Shown: positions 13,270 to 24,937 of the stretch, in pieces
How positions within the stretch are numbered: position 1 is the first letter of the stretch
Layout: every line of letters starts with the position of its first letter
Assembly (NCBI GenBank): GCA_951406725.2
Contig: OX597826.1
Location: forward strand, 21,638,001 to 21,702,000
Origin: Octopus vulgaris
Taxonomy: Eukaryota
Reading direction: 5' to 3'
DNA length: 64,000 nucleotides
Translations under genes and position numbers: made by a program
Notes under the pieces: generated by a model
Seen by the model: only the letters and a program-made list of their open reading frames with translations
What the model was told of the DNA's origin: nothing
Database searches by the model: none

Positions 13270-14294
13270 GTAAGGCAGTCTTTTACCATTTTTCATTAGT
13301 TTCACTGAGTTGTGGCCATGCTGGGGCATCAGCCTCTTGGGTTTAGTCTATCCTATCAACATCAGTTCTTATTTCAGTCTTTACAAATACAACACATGCT
13401 ACACTTTCAGGTTTTTTTGGATAAAGTTTTCAGAAATAACCCAATAAGTTTACCATTAATTCTATGGAATATTCAGGGGTTCCACTAGTTCTGAATAGTC
13501 TGCAACACCAAACTCTGAGTTATGAACCAAAAACCCTTCAGTTTCTGATAGAATATATTCGATGGCCTTCCACAGTTTCCATTTCCACAGTTACACTCTC
13601 AAGCCAAGATACCTTTCCAAAGTGCCACACTACAGGATCAAATCTGGGACCGTCTACAGAGAGAACATTTGGGCCACATACCTCTCACTGCTATGATCCA
13701 GTCTTTACTTCACAAACTGAAATATGATGCCTTTTTTTTTGTTTGTTATTTATTTAAAACTGATAAAAGCCCAGTGGCTGATAACAACCACTGAAAGTTG
13801 TTTAACCCTAGGTTAGTCTTGATCCATTAGATGTATGATCAAAAGTACTTCAGTCATGACCATCCCATCAGTAAATATAGGGCTAAGATATCCTGTGTCC
13901 TTCATTAACACGTGAATTGAGAAATATTTCATTACAATTTCCAGCATACCAAACAAGCTGTTATCAATGAAACTATAAATGGTCTCTGGCACCATGTTTT
14001 TGTCATTCGTTTTCTCCTTGTTATGATAGAATACACTTCAGTGGGAATTTAATTGATAGCACTTCAATGGTTTTACTGTAAATATTTAATTACTTCACAA
14101 ACTTAATGAGTTCAATCAGGCATAGGAGTGGCTATGTGGTAAGTAGCTTGCTTACCAACCACATGATTCCGGGTTCAGTCCCACTGTGTGGCACCTTGGG
14201 CAAGTGTCTTCTACTATAGCCTTGGGCAGACCAAAGCCTTGTGAGTGGATTTGGTAGACAGAAACTGAAAGAAACTTGTATATATGTGTATATA

Positions 14295-15912
14295 CAGTTG
14301 CGGTCAAAATGTTCAGAACGGCATTGTTTTCGTCAGAAAAGTGGGTATAAGTTTTTATTAAAGTTGTTTTATATTCTATAATTTTCACAGACAATAAACA
14401 CGATATTAATTGGTATTGTCTGAGATTTTGGTGTAATTTGAGTGGATAATACAAAAGTTATGGATGATATAGTGATTTACTGCAAAACCCATGGTGGCCA
14501 AAATGATCAGAACGGTTGAAAAAATAACAAAATAATCAAAAAGTTACAGAGAATGCCGGAATTATTTCATATTTAGTGTGAAGCCCTTTAGCTTCAATAA
14601 AAGTTTGACATTTTTGACTGCATGGGGGAATTAAATTTTCAATTTCTTGCTGGGTGATCTTATTCCATTCTTCCTGAAGGGCATTCCATAATTGCTCGGT
14701 TGTTTTAGGATTTCTGGCTTTCAAACGTTCTCCTAGAATATTCCACACATTTTCAATAGGATTGAGGTCTGGGCTTTGAGCAGGCCAATCCATAACAATA
14801 ACCTTTTCAGCCTTGAGGAAGTTCATGACCACCTTAGCCTTGTGATACGGGGCATTGTCCTGCATGAATATGGGTGGTCGCTTAGTTGAATTTCTCAGCA
14901 CAGGCAAGACATGATCTTTTACAAGTTGTTTATAAACTCCTGCATTTACCTTTCCATGTAATCGCAGCAAAGGGCCCACAACATCTCCAGATATCATCCC
15001 CCAAACCATGACACTTCCTCCACCGAATTTAACACTAGTCTTAAGGCATTTAGGTGATAATTTTTCACCTGCTTTTCGACGAACGTACCTTTTCCCATCT
15101 GAGCCAAATAACATAGACTTAGATTCATCACTGAAATGCACCGTTTGCCATTTTTTTTGAGACCACAACACATGTTCAGTTGCAAAGGTAAGACGACACT
15201 TTTTATTCTTGGAGCTGATCAGTGGCTTCACTGCAGGTGCTCTTGCTTGTAGGTCATGTTCAACTAAAGGACGAGACACAGTTTTTCGAGATAAAGTTTT
15301 CTTCAGTACAGTGCTCATTTCCTGAAAAACAGCAGCAGCAGTTTTAAATCTGTCCTTTTTAACCAACTTTACCATAGCACGATCTTCTCTCTTGGTCGTT
15401 TTTCTTGGCTTTCTTGCTTCACACGAACCACAATCATCGTAGACCTTAAGAATACCGTGAACAACACTTTTTGACTTGTTAACAATCTTTGCAATAGACC
15501 TAATACTTAAATTATCCTTCTTTCGAAGCTTAATAATCTGCTGACGAATTGGTAACGGAGTAAGTGGCATTATATTAACAAAGTACATTGCAAATATTCT
15601 TACTAATGTTTAGTAAACGAACTGTCACGTAAACAAATTCAAAACATTAGAGTTCGATGGTTAAATATACTAAAACATGGAGTAAAAGCAACCGTTCTGA
15701 TTATTTTGGCCGCCATGGGTTTTGCAGTAAATCACTAAATCATCCATAACTTTTTTATTATCCTCTCAAATTACACCAAAATCTCAGACAATAACAAATA
15801 ATATCGTATTTATTGTCTGTGAAAATTATAGAATATAAAACAACTTTGATAAAAACTTATACCTACTTTTCTGACGCAAACAATGCCGTTCTGAACATTT
15901 TGGCCGCAACTG
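14295..15912 (-). mobile_element. Full-length Tc1-family DNA transposon (IR/DR type, ~224-bp TIRs, TA target duplication)
   Basis: TA|CAGTTGCGGTCAAAATGTTCAGAACGG…CCGTTCTGAACATTTTGGCCGCAACTG|TA; TIRs 14295-14518 and 15689-15912 each carry outer and inner direct repeats (caaaatg[t/a]tcagaacgg). Confidence 0.95.
14536..15588 (-). CDS. Tc1 transposase, DD34E (uninterrupted frame)
   Basis: FSDESK, VKFGGGSVMVWG, FMQDNAPYH, WPAQSPDLNPIENVW; 34 residues between D2 and E; GRPR linker absent; reads past the usual TKY end. Confidence 0.92.
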   Translation of the reverse strand: MYFVNIMPLTPLPIRQQIIKLRKKDNLSIRSIAKIVNKSKSVVHGILKVYDDCGSCEARKPRKTTKREDRAMVKLVKKDRFKTAAAVFQEMSTVLKKTLSRKTVSRPLVEHDLQARAPAVKPLISSKNKKCRLTFATEHVLWSQKKWQTVHFSDESKSMLFGSDGKRYVRRKAGEKLSPKCLKTSVKFGGGSVMVWGMISGDVVGPLLRLHGKVNAGVYKQLVKDHVLPVLRNSTKRPPIFMQDNAPYHKAKVVMNFLKAEKVIVMDWPAQSPDLNPIENVWNILGERLKARNPKTTEQLWNALQEEWNKITQQEIENLIPPCSQKCQTFIEAKGLHTKYEIIPAFSVTF

Positions 15913-17033
15913 TATATGTGTGTGTGTGTGTGAGTGTTTGTGTGTCTGTATTTGTTCCCCCAACATCGCTTGACAACCGATGCTGGTGTGTTTACATCCC
16001 CATAATTTAGCAGTTCGGCAAAAGAGACCAATAGAACAAGTACTAGGTTTACAAAGAAAAAATCCTGGGGTCGATTTGCTCAACTAAAGGCGGTGCTCCA
16101 GCATGGCCATAGTCAGATGACTGAAACAAGTAAAAGAGTAAAAGAGCGCATTTCACAAAAACAGTAAACTATTTCAAATCATTACTGATTTCAATGTCTT
16201 AATATCATTTACTTTTCCTTTCACCTCTTTACTCCCCCACCCACCTACCTTCAATATTACTCACCTTTTGTTGCCCTTTATTCCCCCAACCCACCCAATA
16301 TTCCTCCTCCTTTTATCACCTAGACTCTTTTTCTAACTTGTAGCTGCCTATTATTGTCTCTCTGCCATTACTCCCTCTCCTATCATCTTCTCACTCTGCC
16401 TTCTCCTCCCTCCAATCGTACTCTCACTTCTATTAATCCACTTGGTCCAAAGACAATGAAGGGTAGAGAGGATTGTTTAGTCTTGCTGAGGAAAGCTCTT
16501 GTTCTGGTGCCATGAAAGAAAAAGGAAAACTCGACTGACTGTGTAAAGTGGTTGGAGTTGAGGATGACATCCCGCTGCTGAAGCCCCACCAAAATGGAAT
16601 ATATGAACCATCTGAGAGGGAGAGAGAGAACAGTAACTCCAAATGAGATCTAACTTGGTCAGTGACAACTCACAATCCTGTCCAACAGGAGGAGGGGGTG
16701 TTATCCTCCGCTGACCTGAATCTGGGAGATAAATTAAAGTCAACCACATGAGAGCAAAACAGTCTGCGTAGGCTTCCATACAATTTTTGTCCCCCAGATT
16801 TCGTTCACAAGGCTTTTGTTGAAGACACTTAGACAAGGACACACAAAATCAACTATGTCTTTCATTCTTCCTTGGTTGATAAATACCAGTTATATACTGA
16901 GGTCAGTCAGATATATTTGTCTCCTAAATTTTAGACCATGTGACAGTGTAAAAGTTAAATTAATATTTTCAATTTTAAATTGTTTTAACTCACTAAAACT
17001 GATTTTATTTTTAATTTAACATTTTGTTCATAG

Positions 17034-17081
17034 GTTACCATCTTTGAAAACGATAATTTCAATGGAAACCAAGAAAATAGC
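17034..17081 (+). CDS. ACSF2: ACSF2 exon (RLPSLKTIISMETKKIA)
   Basis: catag acceptor, gtgagt donor, phase 2/2; LP.LK.II motif. Confidence 0.88.
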
Positions 17082-17454
17082 GTGAGTATTTGTTAAGAAA
17101 TTCTGATAATTGCAAAACAATCCAACAGATGAGATGATATTGTGCTTGTTGGCTACAAGTGTGACATGGTGGCATAATACATGAGACAATGTGACATTGT
17201 GACTAACGAGGGCATGAGACAGGTGTTGTCACTGGAAGAGATAATTCCACATTAAAAGAGATTTGGCGTAATTGTAGATTTGGGGAACTATGACACTTGT
17301 AACAATCCACAGACTCTCCATCCATGTCAGATGAGTCAAATACTATTTCACTATAACGTGTGTGTGTGAGTGTGTATGGAACCACTGTCATCTACCTCTG
17401 CTCCATTGACACATGTTGGCATCATTCTAACGACAATTGTTCTTCCGATTTCAG

Positions 17455-17572
17455 TGGCACATTTTCATTTCAAGAAGTTCTGCAGGCAGGAACCACTAAG
17501 GGAGTCCAATACATAAGGGATCTACAAAAGGAACTTCAGTTTGATGATCCGATTAACATTCAGTTCACTTCA
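17455..17572 (+). CDS. ACSF2: ACSF2 exon (GTFSFQEVLQAGTTKGVQYIRDLQKELQFDDPINIQFTS)
   Basis: tttcag acceptor, gtaagt donor; DDPINIQFTS is the first half of the AMP-binding P-loop signature. Confidence 0.95.
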
Positions 17573-18174
17573 GTAAGTTCCTCTCATTATTTTTACTGTG
17601 TTTGGTAATAACGTAACAAATATGTACCCCATAGGGTACAACATAGTTAGCCTTAATGAATTCCTTGTATAAAATCGTTTTAATGTCCACTTTTCCATGC
17701 TCAGAAAAACTGGAGTTTATGGAGGCAGATTTTCTATGGCTGGGTGTCCCTCCTGTCACTAATCCTTATCTGTTTCCAAGCAAGGTGATATTTCCTCATG
17801 GCCAGACATATTTCCAGAGAAAACAGGAAAATAATGACACCACTTATATGACAGTGGAACTCGTTTACAACTATTATGTGATGTTAAGACAAGGAGACAC
17901 AAGCATATACACACTCACATAGACACACATACACGTAAATACATACACACAATGCGATTCTTTCAGTTTCTGTTTACCAAATCTACTAAGGTTTTGGTCA
18001 GGCTGGGACTATAGAAGACACTTGTCTGAGTGCTTCACAATGGGACTGAACCTGAAATGTTTGGAAGCAAACTCCTCAACCCCACAGCCATATCCACACC
18101 CCATATACGAGAATAGGGATTGTTTCTGTTTTTAGGCTGCTACAGAGCATTATTATTATTATTTTCTCTTCATC

Positions 18175-19215
18175 ATGTTTCGTTGGAGCTTCTGGAATCT
18201 TGCAAGCCTACAATACCATGCTATCTGTTCTTTTCAACTCTCTAATACTTTCCTAATTATTCTCACTGTGCCAAGGAGAGAAAACTTTTGTAACAGTCCT
18301 TCTGGGCATGCTATTCCAATTCTCTTTATATTCCCCTTGATGCTTTCTGATACTGTCCCCGAGGATCCAACAATAATTGGCACTATCTTCACCTTCTTCA
18401 TTTTCCATAGCTGGGCTATTTTGTACTTAAGAGGGTTGTATCTACTTATCTTTTTGCTTTCTTTCTTGATTGTTCATGGGTCAAAGGGGCATGAAACATC
18501 AACTATATAGCACATGTGGTGCACCTTGTCCACCACCACTAGGGCCGGTCTCTTGTGTTCTAGCACCTGAATTGTTTGGATTGGGAAATCCCAGAGGGTT
18601 TTACTAGTCTCTGACTCTGCCACTCTCTGCAATTTGTGCTCGTACCATGTCTTGCCTCTCTCTAACTCCACTTTTTACACAGTTTCCAATGTAACACCTT
18701 CGCTACCTAGTTGTGTCACTACAACTTGCGCAAGTCTAAGGCATTCATTCATGATATGGGCAGTGGTTTTGTCCACTCTATTATAGATGCAGCACAGCAG
18801 AGATACTTGCTCATTCCTAAGTTGACTCTCCAGTTTATGGCCACAGCTTCATCTTGCTCTACCAGTAGAGTCCACTCGGTCTCTTTTTTTAGGGTTCCTT
18901 TCTTCAGCCAACCCTACTTATTTTTCCCAGCAACTTCTGTTGTGGCTGCATGGAAATGATTGTGTGGTCGTTTCTTGCATAATTCTTCTTCATGTCCTTT
19001 CTGTACTGCTTTCATCATTCTTCCTTCTTTCTCTGCTCTCAATACTCCCTTGTTCCTGACTGACACTAGCATGGTTTCCTTAATTTGGGATAGGTATCTC
19101 ATTAGGCTCTTGAATTTGATACAGATACAATCTTTCACACTTATCAGTCCTCTTCCTCCATTTGCTCTCTCCCTGTATAGGCAAACAGTGTCTGCATGTG
19201 ACTAATGGGCTCCTA
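18175..19215 (-). mobile_element. R4/Dong-like RLE non-LTR retrotransposon 3' fragment
   Basis: LWDFPIQT…HKRPALVVVDK…IVDVSCPFDP…KIVPIIVGSSGTV; bounded by (ATT)n at both ends. Confidence 0.8.
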
Positions 19216-19399
19216 TTATTATTATTATTCTATGTTTGACTTTTGCTTTATGTCTGTACAAGTTGGCTCCAAGTCTCATCCAGAGACCTCAAGAGACAAC
19301 AGGTTGGAAGTTCTGTGCCATATATTTAGGGTTTTTTTTTCTTTTTTTCTTTTTTTTTTTTTTTTGGTGTTGTACTAGTGAATGTCTAATACATAAAAA

Positions 19400-19705
19400 A
19401 AAAAATAAATGAATAAAAAAAAAAAAGTTTGTTTTAAACCTTGGGATTACATAGAGAGTATTTTGCGTAGGATATGAGCAGTTCCCATGAGCACTATCTT
19501 TTGAATTTCTGCCATTTTGGGGTTTCCTGGTATCTGAGTTAGGTAGCAATCAGTCCCTTTCGCTATCATTCCCAGGGCACCTATGACAACAGGTATTGTT
19601 TTAGTCTTCAGCTTCCACATTTTGCTGATTTCTATTTCAAGATCTTTATATTTGCTCAGTTTTTGGTAGGTCTTGACAGATACGTTTATATCGATTGGGA
19701 CAGTC
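19400..19705 (-). mobile_element. RLE non-LTR retrotransposon fragment (different subfamily)
   Basis: PIDINVSVKTYQKLSKYKDLEIEISKMWKLKTKTIPVVIGALGMI; adjoins (ATT)n 19706-19757. Confidence 0.75.
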
Positions 19706-19739
<34 letters not shown>

Positions 19740-19757
19740 TATTATTATTATTATTAC
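19706..19757. repeat. (ATT)n microsatellite just upstream of the P-loop exon acceptor
   Basis: Directly visible. Confidence 0.95.
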
Positions 19758-19799
19758 TCACATCTCATTGCACAAATCTATTCTTTATATATCTTGTAG

Positions 19800-19895
19800 G
19801 GAACCACTGGTAAACCTAAAGGGGCCACTCTGTCACATTTCAGTATTCTCAACAATAGTCACTCTGTAGGTTTTCGTTTAAGATACAATGAAATG
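19800..19895 (+). CDS. ACSF2: ACSF2 exon (GTTGKPKGATLSHFSILNNSHSVGFRLRYNEM)
   Basis: ttgtag acceptor, gtaagt donor; GTTGKPKG completes the FTSGTTGxPKG adenylation motif. Confidence 0.97.
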
Positions 19896-20249
19896 GTAAG
19901 TACATGTTCCAATATAGCATCCTCGAGTACTTTATTGCCAATTTAGGTATTTTGTTTACTTTGAGAAATAATTATTTTATTGCTTTTTTTTAAAAAAAAA
20001 ATGAGTTTATTTATACACTGTAAGATTAAAGTGCTGAATAAAACGTCCAGATTGTTAAAATACTGGATCCAAGATGTTGATGTTATGAGTATTATTGTTA
20101 TTATTATTGTCACCAAGGTGGACTTTGCCTTTCATCCTTTCAGGGATGATAAATAATATGGAACAGTTGAACACTGGGGTCAATGTAATAGACTTATCAT
20201 CTACCTCTGAAATTGCTGGTCTTGTGTCAAAAGTATCATCATTATTATT

Positions 20250-20625
20250 ATTATTATTTCTTTTTATCTCAGGTTTTGTTGGAACTCCTGGAGTCTTGCA
20301 TGTGTAATGGGTTTGCTGCCTGCAGCCTACAGTACCATGCTATCCATTCCTTCAGCTATCTAATATTTTCCTGATTATTCTGGTCGTGCCAAGGAGGCAA
20401 ACCTTTTGTAACAGTTCCACTGGGCAACCTATTCCAATTTCCTTCATGTTCCCCTTGATGTCTTCTGATACTGTCCCCTAGGACCCAACAATAATTGGCC
20501 CTATCTTCACCTTCTTCATTTCCAATAGTCAGACTATTTTGTACTTAGGAGGGTTGTATTTATCTATTTTTTTGTCTTCCTTCTTGACTATTCATAGGTC
20601 AAAGGGGCATGAAACATCAATTATA
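20250..20625 (-). mobile_element. Second 3' fragment of the RLE element seen at 18175-18505
   Basis: Clear nucleotide similarity (tctgatactgtcccc, ataattggc, tcaaaggggcatgaaacatcaa); (ATT)n flanks. Confidence 0.75.
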
Positions 20626-21087
20626 TTATCATTTTTATTATTATCATTATTATTGTTTTAATTTTTATTATTATTGTTATTATTACAAAATACCTTATGG
20701 TTTTTAATTAGGACTGTTTACATTCTGAGTTTAAATCCCTCCAAAGTCATCTTTATCCTACCAAGCTCAATAAAACTAGTTAAATATTGTAGTTAGTGGT
20801 ATCAATTAATCCCCCCCCCCCTCTCAATTACCAGTCTTGTGCCTAAATCAGGAAACAATGAAGTTGACAGAATGTCAGGCAAAATGCTTAGCAACATTTC
20901 TTCAGAGTTCAAATTCAACCGAGGTAGACTTTGCTTTTCATCCTTTTGTGGTCAGTGATATAAGTACCAGTTGAGAGCACTGAGTGGGGTGGGGGGTGGG
21001 GGATCCATATAATCAACAATCCACCTCCCACAAAATTCCAGGCCCAGAGTAGAACAGCACTTATTCACTTATTTATTCATTTTTTAG

Positions 21088-21236
21088 AAACACCGTGTGT
21101 GCATGCCAGTTCCATTGTACCATTGTTTCGGTTCCGTTGTTGGTGCATTAACAATGATTACTCACGGAACCTGCTGCATCTTCCCATCTCCTGGATTTGA
21201 AGCAAAGACTGTTCTGACAGTTGTCGAAAACGAAAG
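21088..21236 (+). CDS. ACSF2: ACSF2 exon (KHRVCMPVPLYHCFGSVVGALTMITHGTCCIFPSPGFEAKTVLTVVENER)
   Basis: ttttag acceptor, gtagac donor; PVPLYHCFG motif characteristic of ACSF2. Confidence 0.96.
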
Positions 21237-21883
21237 GTAGACTTAGTCAATATTTATTCAACATTTTTAAATCACACACACTTCATCAAGAATTATTCTA
21301 CCATATTGATCACATCCCATGCGAGAGTCTTTCAATAATTCATTAACCAAAGTGTGACTACATCACTACAACATCATTTATCTTCAATGATGGATATGTG
21401 TGTGTGTGTGTGTGTGTGTCTGTGTGTGTGTGTGTGTGTGCTATCAAAGCCACTGTGCACCTGATGACATGCAGGTGCACAATGGCTTCCAGATCATATC
21501 TATTTATATGATATTTTAAGTAAGAGCATGAATATGGAATACTCGGCCACCAACAGCCGTTACCAATGCAGAGAAATAATTGTTGCAATTAGTGATTAAA
21601 ACTTTATCATTCCATCTTTTATTTATATGTTTCTATCTTCTGTGGTATCATCAGCCAAATCTTCAAATCATACCATACCATGTTAAAAAAAGGACACATT
21701 AATTGATATAGTCCTAGATACACTGTATCTGAATAAAAGATGTGATGGTCATAGCCCGAACATCTTTGATTGTAGATTTACTGGATTGGGACTGACCTCC
21801 TGTCTTAATAAGATGAGATTATCGTGGTTGGCTTTAATTTGCATGTTATTCACATCCTTAACGTTTTCTGTTTCGTCCATTAG

Positions 21884-22052
21884 GTGCAATTCCATGTATG
21901 GTGTTCCAACCATGTTTATAGACATTTTGAGTCATCCAGACTTCCCAAAATATGATCTGACATCATTAAGGACTGGAGTCATGGCAGGCTCTGTCTGTCC
22001 CATATCCCTTATGGAAAGAGTCATGAGAGACATGCATATGCCTCACATTACA
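21884..22052 (+). CDS. ACSF2: ACSF2 exon (CNSMYGVPTMFIDILSHPDFPKYDLTSLRTGVMAGSVCPISLMERVMRDMHMPHIT)
   Basis: cattag acceptor, gtaagt donor; YGVPTMF…DL.SLRTGVMAGS.CP motif. Confidence 0.97.
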
Positions 22053-22369
22053 GTAAGTATTTGTATGAAAGATGATGATGATTAGGACAGCTCTGATAGA
22101 AAAGATCCATGTTTAACCCTTCAGCATTCAAGTTATTCTGTCAAATGTCAAATTCCCATTGTTTTGAATTAATCTTACATTATTTCATAGCTTTGAGATT
22201 TCAATGATGTGATTGTATATTTTCAGAAAGCCATTGTAGGATAGGTGTGAAAGACTGGATCTGGCTGGTTTGAACACAGGCAGAATATTTGGGCCAGAAA
22301 TGGCCTGTTTCAATGCTAAAAGGTGAAAGGTATCCCAGCCAATTTCAGTCATATTTCTTGTGTTTTCAG

Positions 22370-22477
22370 ATATGTTATGGAAGTACTGAAACGAGTCCAG
22401 TGACATTTCAGAGTGATTATAATGATACGGCAGAAAGGAAATGTTCAACAGTGGGTCAGGTTTCATCCCATACTGAG
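22370..22477 (+). CDS. ACSF2: ACSF2 exon (ICYGSTETSPVTFQSDYNDTAERKCSTVGQVSSHTE)
   Basis: tttcag acceptor, gtaggt donor; YGxTE motif. Confidence 0.96.
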
Positions 22478-22499
22478 GTAGGTTTATGCTCCATGGTGA

Positions 22500-23260
22500 G
22501 AGATGCTTAGATACCGTAGTGGAGGGAGTCTTTATAACAGAGTGTATCAGATGCTTTTTCATGTTACTCAAGTGAGGCCACCAAGTAGCTCAGACCCTTT
22601 CATTGAAGGAGGCAGCTTCAATGTTGAGATGTCTTGCTGTAGAAGAGGTACATAACTAGAGAAAGGAGAGAAACTGGTGGGAGAGATAGGAGGGGGAATG
22701 TGAGAGGGATGGGGACAGGAGCAGGTATGTTTGCTGGAATGTGAGATGAGTAACAGTTGGTTGGAAGTAAGGAATGCAGTGAACAACAAAGGGGACAAAG
22801 TCAGTGGTGAATATCAGGTTTTGAGTGGTGGGAGGTGAAAGAAAAAGAAGTGGTTCGAGGAGGAGGAGAAGGTTGATAAGTGGAAGTACGCGGGGTGAGG
22901 GGGGACAAGAGCAGTGGGAAGAGTGAAGGTGGGTGTGAGTGCACAATTATGTAAGAAATAACAGAGAGAGAGAGAGAATGACGAGCACTGGTGGAGACGA
23001 TTGTCGACCGATATGAGATGGTGTTCAAAAACAGTTTGGGATAATATTAAGAGTGCGAGGTGGGTACCATGTAGAATTGACTCCAGGGAGCTGGGAATTG
23101 GTAGCACAAAGATATGGGGAGGGGAATATGTGCACTTCTACTGTCGCATAATTATTTAATTACAACAACTGAGGAAGTACTGTACTTAGAAGAGTAATGG
23201 AGGGCTAGATGTTGAGAAATGACTTGAATATGGGGGGTCAGTACATAAATGATAGGACCT
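22500..23260 (-). mobile_element. Probable Penelope-like 3' remnant with pyrimidine-rich tail
   Basis: Long C/T-rich tract on - strand followed by a pLTR-like segment; similar tracts at 1170-1600, 41900-42400 and 56150-56340. Confidence 0.35.
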
Positions 23261-23299
23261 CCTTTTTGCTGGGGTGGGCATGTCTTCTCAAGCACAACA

Positions 23300-24230
23300 A
23301 ATAGCCAATCATCTCAGTCCTTTGTCATTTCTTTCGTGAGGCTCAACATCCTGGGGTCAGACTTCACTGCTTGATTCCATATCTTTCAGGTGTCTCCCTC
23401 TTCCACAGGTCCCATCCACATTTAGCGATGCAGCTATCCTCCTTCATATGCATTGCTTGACCATACCAACACAGTTTTCATGTCACAGTTTTCTTTTCTC
23501 TTTAGTTTTTGCATCTACTCTACATTCACAGCCTATATTTCGCTACCATATCGCTTTACTGTTCATACACAATAATCATACAGTTTGCCTTTTACTTTGA
23601 AACGGAAGTCTTTTATTAGCATCAGAGTTAAAAACTCTCTCCATCCTCTTCTTATTCAAGCAACTACACTTTTGGAACACCACTCTCCACTACTAATAAG
23701 GTCACCTGGATAACAGAAGCTATCTACTACTTCCAGCAAACCTTTTGGGTGTTTCAGAGAACTCGTTTCCATTTCCTGGTTGTTCCTCTGCATCTACCAT
23801 AAAGTCTGCTTTCTCTGTAAACCTTTTTGTGATTCCACTGCATCTTTTATGAATCCATAGTTTACACTGAGTACATTATATGGAAGTTCTACCTTTTGCT
23901 TTCTTACATATCAGGGGTCATTTATTTGGTGGGTCCTGTCTGTTTTCTTGCTTAGTAGAACTTTGGTCTTTATGAAGTTAGTTTTAAGGCCTTTTGATTT
24001 CAGGTGTTGCTTGCACACCTGAAATTTCTTTTCCAATTCCACTACAGATTCAGCAATGAAATAAGGTCATCAGCATAGAGGAGTTCCCATGGGATTCAGT
24101 CTTAAACTCCTGTTATGAATAGGAGGGGACTGGGAACTGAGCCCTGGGAAACTCCTATTTGTACTATAAATTCATTGCTATATTCATTGCCAACACCTTT
24201 GTACATGGCTTGAACAGTTCTCAGCACTCA
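23300..24230 (-). mobile_element. RTE-clade LINE reverse transcriptase fragment (decayed)
   Basis: PWELLYADDL on - strand (gtcatcagcatagaggagttcccatgg), FCYPGDLISSG, LWYGSE-like segments. Confidence 0.8.
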
Positions 24231-24458
24231 TTAGTTTAAAAATGGAGATTCCTAATCAAGGTGAGTCTCAGATCAATACATAATATAGAGGGAAATAATG
24301 TTTAATTAATAATAGGTTAATTGTTTCATCAACTCAATAAATGTTACTGAATACTCAGTGATAGGAATATTTCATATTATTTTAAATGCGTTATTAATTT
24401 GTTGTTAAATCAACATAAAAAGCTGAATTATACACCAAGTACCCATTTCATTGGACAG

Positions 24459-24607
24459 GCAAAAATCGTAAATCTTGATGGCAAATTACTTCCTGTAAAT
24501 GAACCTGGTGAACTTTATACTCGAGGTTACACAACAATGTTAGGATACTGGAATGAAGCCCAGAAGACATCAGAAGTGATTAAAAGTGGAGGATGGTATG
24601 CAACAGG
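24459..24607 (+). CDS. ACSF2: ACSF2 exon (AKIVNLDGKLLPVNEPGELYTRGYTTMLGYWNEAQKTSEVIKSGGWYATG)
   Basis: gacag acceptor, gtaaga donor; GEL..RGY..MLGYW…GWY.TG motif. Confidence 0.97.
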
Positions 24608-24937
24608 GTAAGATTTTATATTATTTTCTTTTATTGATAATAAAATTGATTTCTGGAAGCATTTTAAGCCTTTTAATATTGTCTCTGGTTCTATAAGAAA
24701 CCAAGAACTTCCTTTAAAATATTGAAATTTGTGACTATAATTTTAACTAAGAAACATGTTAAACACCAATTAAGTAATGTCTTTTTTTTTTTTGTTTGTT
24801 TTATATTCACTCAAAGCCACACATTTTGAAGGAATTTATGATTGATTACATCACTAAAGGGCCAAGTTCTGAGAAGATGAAATGTCAAGTTGACATTGGT
24901 AGGATTTGATCTCAGAATATAAACATTTATAACTAAA

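Larger units (their letters stand above)
14120..16146 (+). mobile_element. tRNA-derived SINE split by the Tc1 insertion (head 14120-14292, body/tail 15915-16146)
   Basis: ggagtggctatgtggtaagtagcttgc…gggttcagtccc head; ccagcatggcc…gactgaaacaagtaaaagag tail; same family is uninterrupted at 37442-37763. Confidence 0.85.
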
